Source: Octopus vulgaris (Eukaryota). From it: DNA of 64,000 nt. The translations under genes and the position numbers were made by a program. Below are positions 40,497-54,020 of the stretch, one piece after another. The notes under the pieces are model-generated. The model worked only from the letters and a program-made list of their open reading frames with translations, searched no databases and was not told the DNA's origin. The stretch covers positions 99,076,001 to 99,140,000 of the forward strand of contig OX597823.1 of assembly GCA_951406725.2 (NCBI GenBank), given 5' to 3'. How positions within the stretch are numbered: the first letter of the stretch is position 1; each line of letters starts with the position of its first letter.

Positions 40497-43400
40497 TGTT
40501 GTAAAGTGGGTTCCTCCCACTGGTATGATGTGTGACTACCATTGTACTGTTGTTGCTGTTTTATGCTAGTAGCCACAATAGTTACTAGTTATTGGATACC
40601 ATTTTATCACTTTGTACCGGAACCTTTACCTTTCTTTAAGGCTCTGTTAAAGGGGTCCACGAACCATTCAGTCTTTCTATTCAATCTAGGGTGTTACGGT
40701 GCTATAATTTTATGTTGTAACAAACATCTCACAGAATCTTTTAAACTCACAGGATACCCTCTCTCTCTTTCGGAGAGGCACTGAGCAGCTATACGCACAC
40801 ATACACACACGGCAGTAACTTCCATCTACCGAATTCAATCACAAAGCTCCGGTCGGCTCGAGGCTATAGTGGAAGACACCTACCCAAAGTGCCACGCAGT
40901 GGGACTGAACCCGAAACCGTGTAGGTAGGAAGCAAGCTCCCTAACCACACAGGATAATTCTGAGACAATTATATCCAGTACACAAAATCTTGCGAACAGC
41001 TCGTGTAAGAAGTTCATTACTGTAAATGAGGTTAGTCTTTTGCAAATCGTGACTTCAGGCCGTTTCCTGTAGCTGCCTCTCTACTGTTAAGTAATAATAT
41101 CCATTTCCTGGCCTGCAAAATCGTTATGCAATTAGGACCATGGTATTTTCACTTCCAGCCAAGGTTCACATTTTGTAGAAAACTCATCATCATCATCATC
41201 GTTTAACGTCCGTTTTCCGCACTAGCACGGGTTGGACGGTTCGACCGGGGTCTGGGAAGCCAGGGGCTGCACCAGGCTCCAGTCTGATCTGGCAGTGTTT
41301 CTACAGCTGGATGCCCTTCCTAATGCCAACCACTCCCGTGAGTGTAGTGGGTGATTTTTATGTGCCAAGGCAGTCTGGCATCGGCCACATTCGGATGGTG
41401 CTTTTTATGTGCCACCAGCACAGAAGCCAGTCGAGGCGGCGCTGGCATCGGCCACGTTTGGTTGGTGCTTTTTATGTGCCACCGGTAGGAAATAAAAGTT
41501 AATAAAGAAAGGTTTGATGCAAAGAACCACCAAGATTCTTTCTCTGCTAGCACACATCCTCTGCAGCCATTTTCCAGGTTATCAACTTCTTTGTCCATGC
41601 TTGGCCAGTATACGAAACTTCACATCAGCCCTTTCATTCTTGAGATGCCTGGGTGTCCTACATGGAACTCTTAGCATTCTCATTTGTAACGTCTGTGGTA
41701 TGACCACCCTCTTAGCATACCTTAGTACACCATCACATCTTAGTACTTGCTCACATCTTGGCGGTTCTTTGCATCAGACCTTTCTTTATTTACTTTTATC
41801 TACCACAGTTTTCTTTTTGTCTCATTAATAAATTTGTCATTTCTTCCAGAGTTGCTGGTAGTTCACACACGATGTTCCACATCACTTTTTATGTTTCCGC
41901 TTTTAGTGCTGCTTGTTTGTTTTTTCTCAGAATTAACCTAGACACACCATCTGCATGTCCCAACTTCTTTCAAGGCAGATATTCCATTCTATACTCATAG
42001 TTTAATAGAATGGTACCTCACCGCTGCAGTCTGTTTGCCATATATGTCAGGATTCCTTTCTTAGATCTGTATATCATTATTAGATACCAAAAACGTTTGC
42101 CATGAATGAACCTATGGAACTTTTTCATGCCAAATATAATAACCAACACCTCTTTTTCAATCTGGCTATAGCTTTTTGCTGCTGGCAATAATGTCCTTGA
42201 TGTGTGAGCTATGGCCTTTCTCCTGCCATTGTTATCCATGTGTAGGAGCGCAGCTTCTATCTTATACTTGTTAGCATCTGTAGTGAGTATTATCTCTAAC
42301 TTTGGGTCAAAATGCATAAGATACAACTCTGAAATTAACACATCTTTTAACTTGTTAAATGCTTTCTGGCATTTCTCTGTCCAAACCCATTTGGCATATT
42401 TTGTTAGTAATTCATTAAGTGGTGCCTTTACCTTTTGTATATTTGGGATATACACTTGGTAATAATTTACCAAGCCTAGGAATGCTTGTAGCATTGTCAC
42501 GTTCGTTGGGGGATAGCATATTTTGTACTATCACCCTACAGTCTGTGTCCACTTTCATCAATTACTTGACCTAGGTATTTTATTTTTTCCATCAAAAATT
42601 TACATTTTCCTTCTGCCAGTTTTAGCCCAAATTCACTTATTCTCTTGAATATTTTCTTTATGTGTTCAATATGTTGCACCTGGGACTCACACTTTATCAA
42701 AATGTCATCAAGGTATACAATGGCGAAGTTGCAATCACTTAACATTGCATCCATTATTTGTTAGAATATGGCAGGTGCCACTTTTACTCCAAACAGCAAT
42801 CATTTGAATTTGTACAATCTATGGGTGTGTGATTGTTAGTAGATGTGTGCAATCTTCCTCTAGCTGAATTTGAAGGTACATCTTTTTCTTTATGTAGATC
42901 ACTGGTGCTGCCCAATCTGTATCTTTACAATTGTATTCAGGCTTTTCAACCTTTCTAGTTCTTTATTGACCCAGTCTACCGCCACAAGTGGCCCATTCTA
43001 TTTGGGCTTGAAAATAGGTGTTGAATAATTCTTTGATTGTAATCCTTGCTTTTATTTTTGTGCATCAGCCTAAACCTTTCAAAAAATCTTTTAGGTAAGT
43101 TTCTTTCATTTTTTGTCTCAGTTCATCAACCTTGTTCAATCGTTTGACTGCTCCATTTACATTATTGCACAAAACGCTTATGGGTGTATCTGTATCCCAT
43201 AATTTAAATATCTTCATACATTCTGTGCCAAATAAGTTCATGGATTTTTCAACACGTAAGCATTCACCTTTTGGTTCAACCTTTGAACATTATATTACAA
43301 ATGCGTTCACCTGTGAAATATAATTTTCTTCCTGTAACACTATACACTGTTTTGTTTGGACTACATAATTTTGCTTTACCCATTTGTTCTCAGGTGAATT

Positions 43401-44250
43401 CACTTTCCAGTGTCTAATTCTCAAATTCACGAATTTTCTGTAGTGATGTCTTCATCTTCGCTCTTTTCTATGTTTAAACATTTCCATCTAGTATTAAACA
43501 GTGAGTTCTTTTCACTAAGCATTTCATACAAAATTTATGTTAGATGCTTTTTTGTGGCAATATAAAGTTACTATAGTTCTCATGCTCTGCTGTCACTAGT
43601 TTTCTCAAAACTAGACATGTTTGCATTTTGTCTGTCCGATCCCAACATTCTTTTTCAAACATTTGTTCAAATCTTTGAAAGTAAGCCTCGAAGGTTATTC
43701 CTTCTTCAAGATCATATCTGAATTCGCTTATGGAATTTGCTACATGGTCAGGTGAAAATGTCTTCTCCGGTTTGCTTATCAACTTCATTAGTTGTAACAT
43801 CTGCTGCTGCAATCCTTGTTGTTGCTGCTTTTGCAGCTCAACTACCCCAGCTAACAAGGCTTCCATGCTTTTCATAAGTTTGCACAAGGTTTTTGTTGAG
43901 TTATCTAATTTCCCACATGAATTAGTTTAAACTCTCCATGTGAATGTCTTTTTTTTCACTGCGTAAATTTCTTTTTCCTCATTACTACTATAGTAAGGTG
44001 GGGGGTTTCTCCCACTGGTCTGATGTGTGACTGCCGTTGTACTGTAGTTACTGTTTTACGGTAGTAGCCACAATAATTACTAGTTATCGGATACCATTGT
44101 ATCTCTTTGTACTGTAATAGTAATACACTAACTTCTTGCCTTACTATTGCTGATAGCTCCACAAGACACTGACTAGAACTGTTGACTCTCGACCCCGTCT
44201 TTACGGCCGGCTACTGGTCTATTTAGAATGGCTGCTTCCTACCACTTTTT
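40497..44250 (-). mobile_element. Degenerate Ty3/gypsy LTR retrotransposon with paired LTR remnants
   Basis: Direct repeats 40497-40618 / 43989-44113; gag-like (SISEFRYDLEEGITFEAYFQRFE), RT (YLDDIL), RNase H (TTDAN...YSQIEKE); nested SINE near 40800 and RTE tail 41185-41490. Confidence 0.88.
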
Positions 44251-45149
44251 ACTGGGAGGGATATAGTTTCGCTATATAACAAAATGGCACTTGTTTGAGA
44301 GAAATTTGCTTGCTATTCCTAGCAGATTGAGTGGCTGTAGTGGGTACCCTGAGACTGGCTATAAATGACTCGTAAAATTTATATATTATGATAGTTGCAA
44401 TTTTATTTAAATGATACCAACTACAAACAGGCAAGGCTTTTGTAGATAAAAATATAATTGATATCTTATCTATTTAGTTATGAAGTATGTAATCATATTC
44501 CTAATCTTTGATGCATTTTTTATTGTCATAGCAAATGCTCTTTCAGACTCAATATTTTATATTTGAGCTGAATGTCTCTGCTACTTTTACAACTTTTCTA
44601 TTGACAGAGCACAAACCTGGCTTTAGTTAATGGATTGTAGCATAATGTAACACTGCCATGATGAGGTTAGTCTATCACTTTTACTCTAGTACATGTTTTA
44701 AAGTCTAACAACCTCTTTATCAAAATTCTAAATTACAGGGGCTGCTAAGAAATCAACTCTTGGTTGTCCAGCAGACACACACATCATCATTTCAATGTCC
44801 ACTTTTTCATTCTTGTATGGGTCAAACAGAATTTGTTGAAGTAGATTTTTCTATAACTGGATGCCTTTCCTGTCGGCAACTGTTTCACCTATTTCCAAGT
44901 AAGGTAATTGTCATAAACTAATTTAAAGAAGGTTTTTATTCAAACTTTTGCTCACCATCTAATCCATTAATCATGGCTGTCCAATGATTAAGACTCATTG
45001 TTTTATATTAGGCAAAGAAAGCATCCATTTATCAATGTCATTCAACACTAGGCTGCATTTTCCTACTCAATACAAAATATGTCTATATTTTTATCTCTTA
45101 TTTACTATTGTAGAAAGGAATTAATGATAGGATATTATAATTCATAACA

Positions 45150-47480
45150 CTCTTCTCTGCTGAGTGAAAAAGTCAGTCATGGTGCATCCAAAACAGACTC
45201 CTCTAGATAAAAAGGGGTCTTGATAATTTGTCCCAGTCGGGAGTTTTCTTGTCTCTTTTTGTCCTTGAATAGTTGGTACACTTTGCCAGTTTTGTTACCT
45301 CTATTATTCTCATTCAGGTACTCTTTGTTTTCATGTGCTAGACTGTGAACTCCATTTCTTTGTTGATCTGTCGGTGTGTACCATCGCGGTCGGTTCCTTG
45401 TTTATTGATTATTTGTGGATCTCATAGTTCCATGTCAGACTCTGTTTGTCAAGTTAGCTCTAGTTGTGTTTGTGTGCTATCGTTGCTTCCTTGATTGATA
45501 GATTGTCCTACTGGAGCAAGATTGTGTATTGACACTGTGTCTACTCATCCACTTCCAAATTGTACGGGGAAATCATCTCCAACAATTTTAATGTTTTCTA
45601 CAAGAGGATACCCCTTATTTCTGAGATGTCAACAATGCAGGATTGTGCTTCTGGTATTCTGGAGGAATTCAGGTAGGATGGTTCTCACTGTTGATGATCT
45701 TGAAAATTTAAATGGCTGCTAGTGCCATAGGAAGGGCTGCCAACCATTGTCCTTTATTGAGTTGTAGAGAACTGATATATTTATGGTCTTCACAAGGTGC
45801 TGTTGGTCCTTTCACATTGGCCATTGCCTTGAGATCAATAGGGAGATGTCTTTGCATGGGTAGGCAAACGGGTACCTTGAGTACTCACCAACTACTACCA
45901 ATAAGTAGCAGTATTATGTGGTCGATGTCAGGGGACCAACAAAGTTGATTGAGAGGCATTCCCATAGTCTCAGTGCCTGTATTAACTGACCCATAAGGGG
46001 CTTGTGGCAGCTGGGTTTGTTTGTTGCATGTAGAGCAAGTGTCATTTCACAGGATTTCATTGAGGGAGAATGGCAGGTCATTTTTGGGTGGCACAGTTGT
46101 TTGTGATGAGTCGCCAGTGTTGTAGTGTCTCTTGTTGCCGCACTTCTGCTTTGTTTTGAGTTCCTGATCTGTAGGAGATTATGTAATTTATATCTGAGAG
46201 GTCCAAGTGCCAGCATATAAGTTTTTCATTTTTGATTTTTGACATCCCTTGCTTTATTGAAGACCATTGCTACTGAGTGTTGATTGGTGATGATTTTGCA
46301 GCATGGGGAAGCATGTATTAGGTGGTCCCATTTGTGACCTCATTCTATGATTGTGCAGGCTTTTCTCTCGATGATGGATTGGTGTTTTCCTGTCTTTAAA
46401 AGGGACCTTGAATAGAAGGCCTCTGGCCTTCCTTGTGATGGTATCCCTCCCAAGGCTAGGTTGGAAGCATCTATTCTGATAGTAAGTGGTACTCTGAGTA
46501 GTGGAATAGCAAGTCTGGCCTTTACCAATGCATCTTGAGAGATGCAGTTGTTTTTACTTCTTCGGGTAGTCCTACTTTGTTGATATTTTCTCTGGTTCTT
46601 GAAAGTGGAATGGTGAGTTTGGAACACTGAGGTATTCTCTTTGCATAAAATGCAAAAATGCCTATCATTCAATTTAGTTCTCAGTGATGTGCAGCTGTCA
46701 TGTTGCTGAAAAACATTGTTTGCTGCTATTTCATTTAGAAGCTCATCGATCCAATGGGTAGCATAGGCATCCAGTTGTATGTAGATATTTATAGTGTTTG
46801 AGTTGTTGATAACCAATCTTTTCTTCCTTCCATCAGATGTTGCAAGGCATTGAGCTTGCCAAGGACTATGGTTTTCCTGAATGTCCTTTGAAAGTAACCT
46901 GCCTACTTCGTGCTTAATAAATCCTGTGTCTCCTGTGTCATCTTGAAGTTGTAATAATTGGTTTGAGCTTAGAGATCTTAATGGCTGGAAGCAGTTCATA
47001 CATGATGCATTTGAGGCTTGACACAGACATGCAGAATGACACGGGCTTGAGGTCTTTTGTGAGTGTTGATGGTGATTGGAGTTACAAGGTAGTCAACCAC
47101 AAGGAAATTAATGTTGTGTTATTTCCCAGTTGTAGTTTGCTACTGAATTTGCCTTTAGTTCCCAGTGCTGTGTTGTTGGCTAGGTTAACTTTTTCTGGGC
47201 TGGTATGATTGTATTGTAATCCCCAGGCTGCAAGAAGATTTGTTTCTATAAATGTCTTGTCAGAACCTATGCTTAGAAGATCATGTGCATTGTTGCTCTT
47301 AATTTTAATGGGTACCAGCTGTCCCATACTGTTTGTGACTGCAAATGGAGATTTTCGCTATGCATTGTTTTGTTTTTTTTAACAGACGTCTCTGCAAGAA
47401 GGCGTGTTTCATTGTTAACAGCTGAGCCTTGCAATACATTGTATCTTCAGTAACCACCTCTATGGTTTGAGCAAGGTAAT
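45150..47480 (-). mobile_element. Second, highly degenerate Ty3/gypsy pol relic
   Basis: SPWQAQ...KKRLVI...LDAY (RT start), IDASNLALG...FYSRSL (RNase H), LSINFVGPL (integrase). Confidence 0.78.
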
Positions 47481-47488
47481 AGTATTGA

Positions 47489-47703
47489 AGGCGGCGAGCT
47501 GGCAGAAACAATAGCACGCCGGGCGAAATGCATAGCCGTATTTCGTCTGCCGTTACGTTCTGAGTTCAAATTCCACCGAAGTCGACTTTGCCTTTCATCC
47601 TTTCGGGCTCGATAAATTAAGTACCAGTTACGCACTGGGGTCGATATAATTGACTTAATCTGTTTGTTCCCTGTGTTTAGCCCCTTGTGGGTAGTAAAGA
47701 AAT
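47489..47703 (+). mobile_element. tRNA-derived SINE (family A)
   Basis: Closely similar to 14769-15001. Confidence 0.9.
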
Positions 47704-47979
47704 ATATAGAGTGTTTCTAAGCTGTCATCTGATGACTCGAGAAGTCTTTGTCGGAAGCCCAGCCACAAACGCATCACCAATTAAAATTTCTCAATAAGCC
47801 TGCAGTTAGGGCTTGGATTTTACGCTTCTTGGCCAGCTCAACATAAATTCTTCATGATTTCTATGAAATTAATGCACAAGCAAAATATTGTAAAAAGAAA
47901 AAAGTTTTCATTTTTTTTAAAATCCATTTATTAAATATATGTGTATGAATATACATGATGCAGGTTATTAAACATGACA

Positions 47980-48092
47980 CTATTTGCCAATTGTTTTAAA
48001 TACTCTTCGGTCAAATTTGCGCTTTGCAAAAGATCTGTCAGCTTTACCTCTGGGCAAAGCTCTTTGGTCCTTTGATTTCTTCTTTTGAAAAT
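47980..48092 (-). CDS. DDX18: DDX18 last exon (basic tail)
   Basis: TTCCTTAAC-tttttgtctcag|(D)FQKKKSKDQRALPRGKADRSFAKRKFDRRVFKTIGK*; AATAAA at 47927-47932. Confidence 0.85.
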
Positions 48093-50853
48093 CTGAGACA
48101 AAAAGTTAAGGAAATAGCTCTTTGAAGTAAAACATTCTGAAATAATTTCAAAGACATAATTAAGCCAAAAAATTAGAACATTAAAAAAGATCATTTTGCA
48201 GCCTCTTTGCTATACTTGCACAGGTGAAGCAATCATTTTTATAGCTAAGATATGAAACTGGTGTCCCCACCCCACCAAGTTCAATAATATAAGATCTAAA
48301 CTTGTGAGATAATAGTGACCAATCTTAACATTATGGTAGTCATATCACCATCATTTAATGTTCATTTTTCCAAGCTTGTACCAAAGGTCAGGTGGAAGAT
48401 GTTAAGATAGATTTCCTACTGCTGGATGCCCTTCTTGTCATCAACCCTCACCTGTTTTTATGGAAAAACTGGAAACAAGCAACATGCCATGTTTGAGTGT
48501 ACATCTATCAAAATAAGGGTACACACAGGAGTTATACAAGAAGACACTTATCCAGAGTGCTGTGCAATGTGACTGAACTCAAGATCACACGGTTGGGAAG
48601 CAAGTTTCTTAACAATTAATTGGGTTTAATATATTAATTAGTGCAGGTACAGTGGTATGGTTAAGAACATTACTTCACAACTAAGTGGGTTCAGGTTCAA
48701 TTTCACTGTGGAGCATTTTGGGCAAGGGTCATCTACTACAGACTTGGGTTGACTAATGCCTTAGGAATGAAATTTAGTAGAAGGAAATGGAAGCCTGTCA
48801 TGTGTGGGGTTTTTTATACTTTTTTTATTTTTCAAAATTAAGATAAAGTTCTTTTTTTCATCTAAAATATACTCACCTTCATTTTCTACAATGCTCTTCC
48901 ATCTATCTGGTAGACTTGCAAGGCCCCTCTTCCCAAATTCATTTGTCTGTGATGAAAAATGCTCCTCCAGTATTATTCTGACCTCATCTACAAAATTCAT
49001 TTTTTTCCCCCGTCCAAGTGATTTTGATAACTGCAGAATAAATGATAATCAAATGGGACAATGTCCAGCGAATTTGGAGGATGAAGCATGATTTCCCATT
49101 CAAACTGCTCCAACCTTTGGAATGTCATCCTCGCTGTATGTGGCCGAGCATTATCCTGATGGAAGAACACCTTTCGTCTTGAAACTAAAGATGGTCGTTC
49201 TCCTTCTAGTGCTAACTTAAGCTGCCCAAGATGCTTGCAGTAGATCTCCTTTGTTATAAAAGTTCAGAGTGGACTAAACCTTTCATATCCCACCTAACAG
49301 ATAACACCTTATGTGAATGAAGACCTTCTTTAGCCTGGGGTTTCTCTTCTCCCTACCCACAGTCTATGGCTCTTGAGATTTTTATAGAGAACCCATTTCT
49401 TGTCACCAGTCACTATTTGGTCCAAAAAAGGTTCATTCATGAAATGTGACAGCAAAGAAGAGCGCGCATTCACTTTTTGCAAACTCAGAAAGTTTGTGAG
49501 GAACCCATTAAACCAATTTGCCAATTTTTCCGATGGCACACAGATTCAATGAATGGTTGAAGGACCAAATCCAAGCTTCTCTGCTAGTTCCTCAACAGTT
49601 ACGGTGGGATTTTGTTCCACCAGGGTTTGCAGGACTTCCTTGTCAAGCTCTAAAGATCTTCCAGGATGGGGCACGTCTTCTAGGCTGCAACTTCTGGCTC
49701 AGAATTTCTGGAACCACCATTAGCACTGGCTTACACTTACTGTTCAATCCCCATAAACTGCATTAATATTCCAAAATATGGTGAATATGCTTTGTCACTT
49801 CCATTATAGCTTTGAAACTCTTCAAAACTTGCACTAAGGACAAGGTAAAATTACTACCTGCTTTTATAGCAAGTTGATGCAGGTAGTTTATCTCGTCCCC
49901 TTCCAACTTTTAGTTCATGCAATTGAAACAAAGCGCATTATTTATGGGATGACCCAATACATGTATTTGTGTATAAATAGAAGTCTGCCTCCTCCTCTTT
50001 ACATTAATACTGCTTGGGCAGAAAACCAGTCCTGCAACTTAGTGATTTTCAAATCAGTGAAATAAAGTAAGATTCGGCATGAGAAAGGGCATCCAGCCAC
50101 AACATACTGTCTCAAGAAGCCACGTCCAACTCATGCCAGCACAGAAAAAAAAAAACAATGATGATGATATTACTGCTATTGAATTTAGAACAGGACGACA
50201 AGTATACCTCGGTACAATGTGAATTTGGATAATGTAAAGCATGAGATTAAAACATAAGAGTAGCTTTCGTTTGAGCTCTTCGAGTTAGTGACTGAAAGCC
50301 TAAAATATTCAATGACAAATTGGTACATTTCTAATGAAAAAAAATACTAAAGCATCTTTCAGTTGAGTTTTTTTCCCCATCCCTGACAAAATATAGAAAC
50401 AAGGGGTTTGTGCTGGCACCCCACTACTTCCATCTAACCTTTTCTCCAGAAACCCCGACATGACAGGCACCTTCTGTTATAGCAAGGTGTCACTATCTCT
50501 GTTTTGTCTCTTGCATAATATCACCAAACTACCTTCTCAAATACTCACCCCACTTTCTTTTTTCTGTAAAGTGGTTGGCATTAAGAAGGGCATTCAGCCA
50601 TAGGACTCATGTGAAAGCTGACAATAGATCGTGATGCAGCTCTGGGGATCACCAGATGCAGTCAAATAGACTAACTCTCATGCCAGCATGAAAAATAGAT
50701 GTTAAACGATGATGAAACAGAATGAAAGAATAACATAACAGCAGCAAAAAAAAAAAAAACACAAAATCGATATAAATACTTTGATTGTGACACAGAACAA
50801 TAGCATCCACAGAAAAATAGGAGATAAAACAAAGATTAAAAAGAAAAGGATAC
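48093..50853 (-). other. U12-type (minor spliceosome) GT-AG intron of DDX18
   Basis: 5' site GTATCCTTT; branch site TTCCTTAAC (48113-48105), with 12 nt between it and the exon. Confidence 0.9.
48806..49960 (-). mobile_element. Degenerate mariner inside the DDX18 U12 intron
   Basis: IVTGDKKWV, HQDNARPH, SLDIVPFDYHLF, LPDRWKSIVENEGEY; TIR-like tattgggtcatcccataaataatgc at the right end. Confidence 0.85.
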
Positions 50854-51031
50854 CAAGGTCAACATAAATAGGATTAGCCATACCAAACATTGTTGCTACA
50901 GCCTTAACATCCAAGGTATTGACATCAAATATGTCCTTCATGCTACTTGAAGCATAGGCTCGGATGTAGGATTTATATCCTTCTCGTGCTGCCTTATTCA
51001 AATGATAGTTCTTTTGGATTAATTTCTCTAA
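50854..51031 (-). CDS. DDX18: DDX18 penultimate exon (HAS1-type C-terminal extension)
   Basis: LEKLIQKNYHLNKAAREGYKSYIRAYASSSMKDIFDVNTLD...NPIYVDL G|gtatcctttt. Confidence 0.93.
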
Positions 51032-51893
51032 CTGAAAATGAAATTTTAAAAAATACACGGAGAATGAAAAACCACTTTCAGCATCCATTTCAATATCATA
51101 AAGTTCACATAAACTGATTCTTTGTAAGTCTGACACTTCAATCAATTCTAAGAGACTACAACTACTCTGGGAATTTATATAACACCAGTTCACCAAACTT
51201 ATTTACAATACATATTATCTTAAGGCAGTAAACTAGCAATCATTTGAGGCTTAGAATAGAATCTCTCACGTTATTTATTTCAACTATCTACATACTGAGT
51301 TCAAATCGTGATGAAGTCAAGTTTGCCTTCCATCCTTTCAGGGTCAATAAAAAAGCACCAATCCAGGCAGTAGATTGGTTGAAATATCTAGTGGATCAAG
51401 CAAGATGCCTTGTATCTGTTCTGGCTCTTTGTGTCTTGACAGCAGCACCTGCAATAATACTGGTGCCCAAGTTGGCAGCTTTATCTTGGCTAAAATCAGT
51501 GGCAAGGAATAGGGAGACTTGCATGCATGGCAACTGCCAGTCTTCCTTATAAAATAAAAATTTGCCCAGGCGTATGCAAATAAGCAGCAGGTACATGGTC
51601 AACCTTGACGTATAAAAGTCTTAAACCTATTTTCATAAACGCAGGTAAGTTTAATTTCTCAGATTTTCAGTGATTTTCTCGATATGTTTCAGTTTGGTTA
51701 GCCTTAAAAATGTATGTTGTTCAACACTCAACAGAAAGTATAAAATACAGTTTTACTAAAGTTTTTATATATACTCAGTATACTAAATATGTAGTGACAC
51801 AAATTGCCATGAAATTTTAATTCTGAATAATTTCACTTAAACAAAACTACTCTGACAACACATCTTAAAGTACAAAAGGAATATATTACAAAC

Positions 51894-52064
51894 CTGTGGT
51901 TGGATGTCAGAAATACTGCTCCAAGTAAATTCATACTCATTCAAAGTCACTCTGGCAGCTTTAAGGTATCTTAGAAACCCCAACTCGTTAGGTTGTAAAA
52001 TTAGCAAGGCTTTTCCAGTAGAGCCTTCTCCACGGGCAGTCCGGCCTACACGATGGATGTATTC
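51894..52064 (-). CDS. DDX18: DDX18 exon (motif VI)
   Basis: [57 protein letters not shown]. Confidence 0.95.
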
Positions 52065-52096
52065 CTGTGAAGAGATTTAAAAGAATTTTAATTTCA

Positions 52097-52196
52097 NNNN
52101 NNNNNNNNNNNNNNNNNNNNNNNNNNNNNNNNNNNNNNNNNNNNNNNNNNNNNNNNNNNNNNNNNNNNNNNNNNNNNNNNNNNNNNNNNNNNNNNN
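52097..52196. other. Assembly gap (100 N)
   Basis: N run within a DDX18 intron. Confidence 1.
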
Positions 52197-52390
52197 TTCA
52201 GAAAATTGAACATGCCTCTAATTACAATCTGAAATAACAAAACATGTTTTGTAAACAATACGGATTCCTTTTACAACATTCATATTCATGGAGACAAATC
52301 AATTACTGGATTACATCAATAAAATCTGGGACTTCAGCTCACATTTCCCAAAAAGAATTGAACTTAGTACTTTGATGCAATAAAATACAA

Positions 52391-52724
52391 CTAGCACTAT
52401 AACCCAGCGTTGCCGGATCATAGTGCTAGTGCATGCATATACAGCTGCATGTGTGCGCACATACATGCGAGTACTGTCCAAATCTCCGACCAATTACATA
52501 CAGCTAGCTGGCATTTTGATTGGGTTTTGGATAGAAAATTCACAAAAAAGTCACTTCTATTGATTTTTTTTATGCCTTTGTGGGGTGACTGGGGAAATGT
52601 AAAGATGTGCACGACCACCCTTGGACGGTTTTGAATGACCATAGAAAGTGCGAGGCCTCTAACTGAAAAATTGTGGATTTGTATAAAGGACACACAGACA
52701 TTTTGCCATTTATATATATAGAGA
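52391..52724 (-). mobile_element. Non-autonomous Helitron-like element (different family)
   Basis: Minus strand A|TCTCTATATATATAAA ... ccggcaacgctggg ... CTAG|T. Confidence 0.7.
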
Positions 52725-53720
52725 TTATACAATATTTAACAATAGCATTTAAACTGGCCACTTCGGCTCAAATATGCTATCTGTTTTATGTTCTAGCCGA
52801 CCAGATCCAGCCCATCACACCTACTCCTCAATATCATTATGACATACACAATCAGATCATAATTTTAAATCTATAAAATAATATATGAGAAATTAAAAAC
52901 GAAAAAAGCATTACATTTGAGAGAATAATTTGAAAGCTAAAAGGTTAAAAGGAAAACAGATAGGTGGCTCAAGGCTACAATGCTTTTAATCATAGATAAA
53001 TTTCTAACATCCTGGTTCACCTTATTACAGATAAGGGTTTTTTAGGGCAAAGACAGAGTAGATAATAACTGACAATTCAGTTTTTAAAAAATTTTCTCTA
53101 CACCAACAAATGTAACATTTTCTATACCTACAAAGTCATACAATCACTAACACCTCAGTAGATAAAGGAAAGATTACATTCCATAGAAAAGGTTTAATAA
53201 TAATTGCTAATGAACAAAATACACGAACCACCAACTAATATGTTTACTTTCAGCTGTATAAAAGTATTTTATACACTTTTTTTTTATTTTGCTAGCATTA
53301 GAAGTACTTACCCTCATTTATAATTTTTATGGTTTCTGAGAATTCTATAATTCTGAAACAATTCTTTTATCTCTAAACCAGTATATTACACATACACATC
53401 ATCAACATAATTTTTTTACATCCACAATTTCCAAGTTGCAATGGGTTAGATGAGATTTATCGAAAGCAGCATTCTGTGTCACATCAAACAGCCAAACTCC
53501 AGAACATGTTTATAGGAGACATGCACAAACACACACAGTTTCTGTCTACTTCAGCCCACAAGCAGACATCTGCACAAGGTGCTATACAGTTGAATTGAAC
53601 CGGAAACTACATAGATGCCAAGTAAACTTTGTACCCTGACAACCATGCCTGTGCCTATTCAAGTCTGTATTAATTAATTAGATATTCAATTACTAACACT
53701 TTAACAAGGATACATCTGCT

Positions 53721-54020
53721 GATCATCATCATCATTCAATGTCTGCTTTCCAGGCTAGCATGGGTTGGACGATTTTGACTGAGGGCTAGCGAACCAGACG
53801 GCTGCACCAGGCTCCAATCTTGATCTGGCAATATTTCTACAGCTGGATGTCCTTCTTAACGCCAACCACTCCAAGAGTGTAGTGGGTGCTTTTTACATGC
53901 CACTGGCACAGGGGCCAGTCAGGCGGTACTGGCAATGACCTCGCTCGAATCTTTTTACACATGCCACCGGCACAGGTGCCAGTAAGGCGACGATCACGCT
54001 CGAACGGTGCCCTTTTACGT
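53721..54020 (-). mobile_element. RTE 3'-tail fragment
   Basis: Family tail with (CAT)n. Confidence 0.8.

Noticed and set aside
47931-48194. 87-aa minus-strand ORF
   Set aside because: Alternative frame overlapping the true DDX18 last exon
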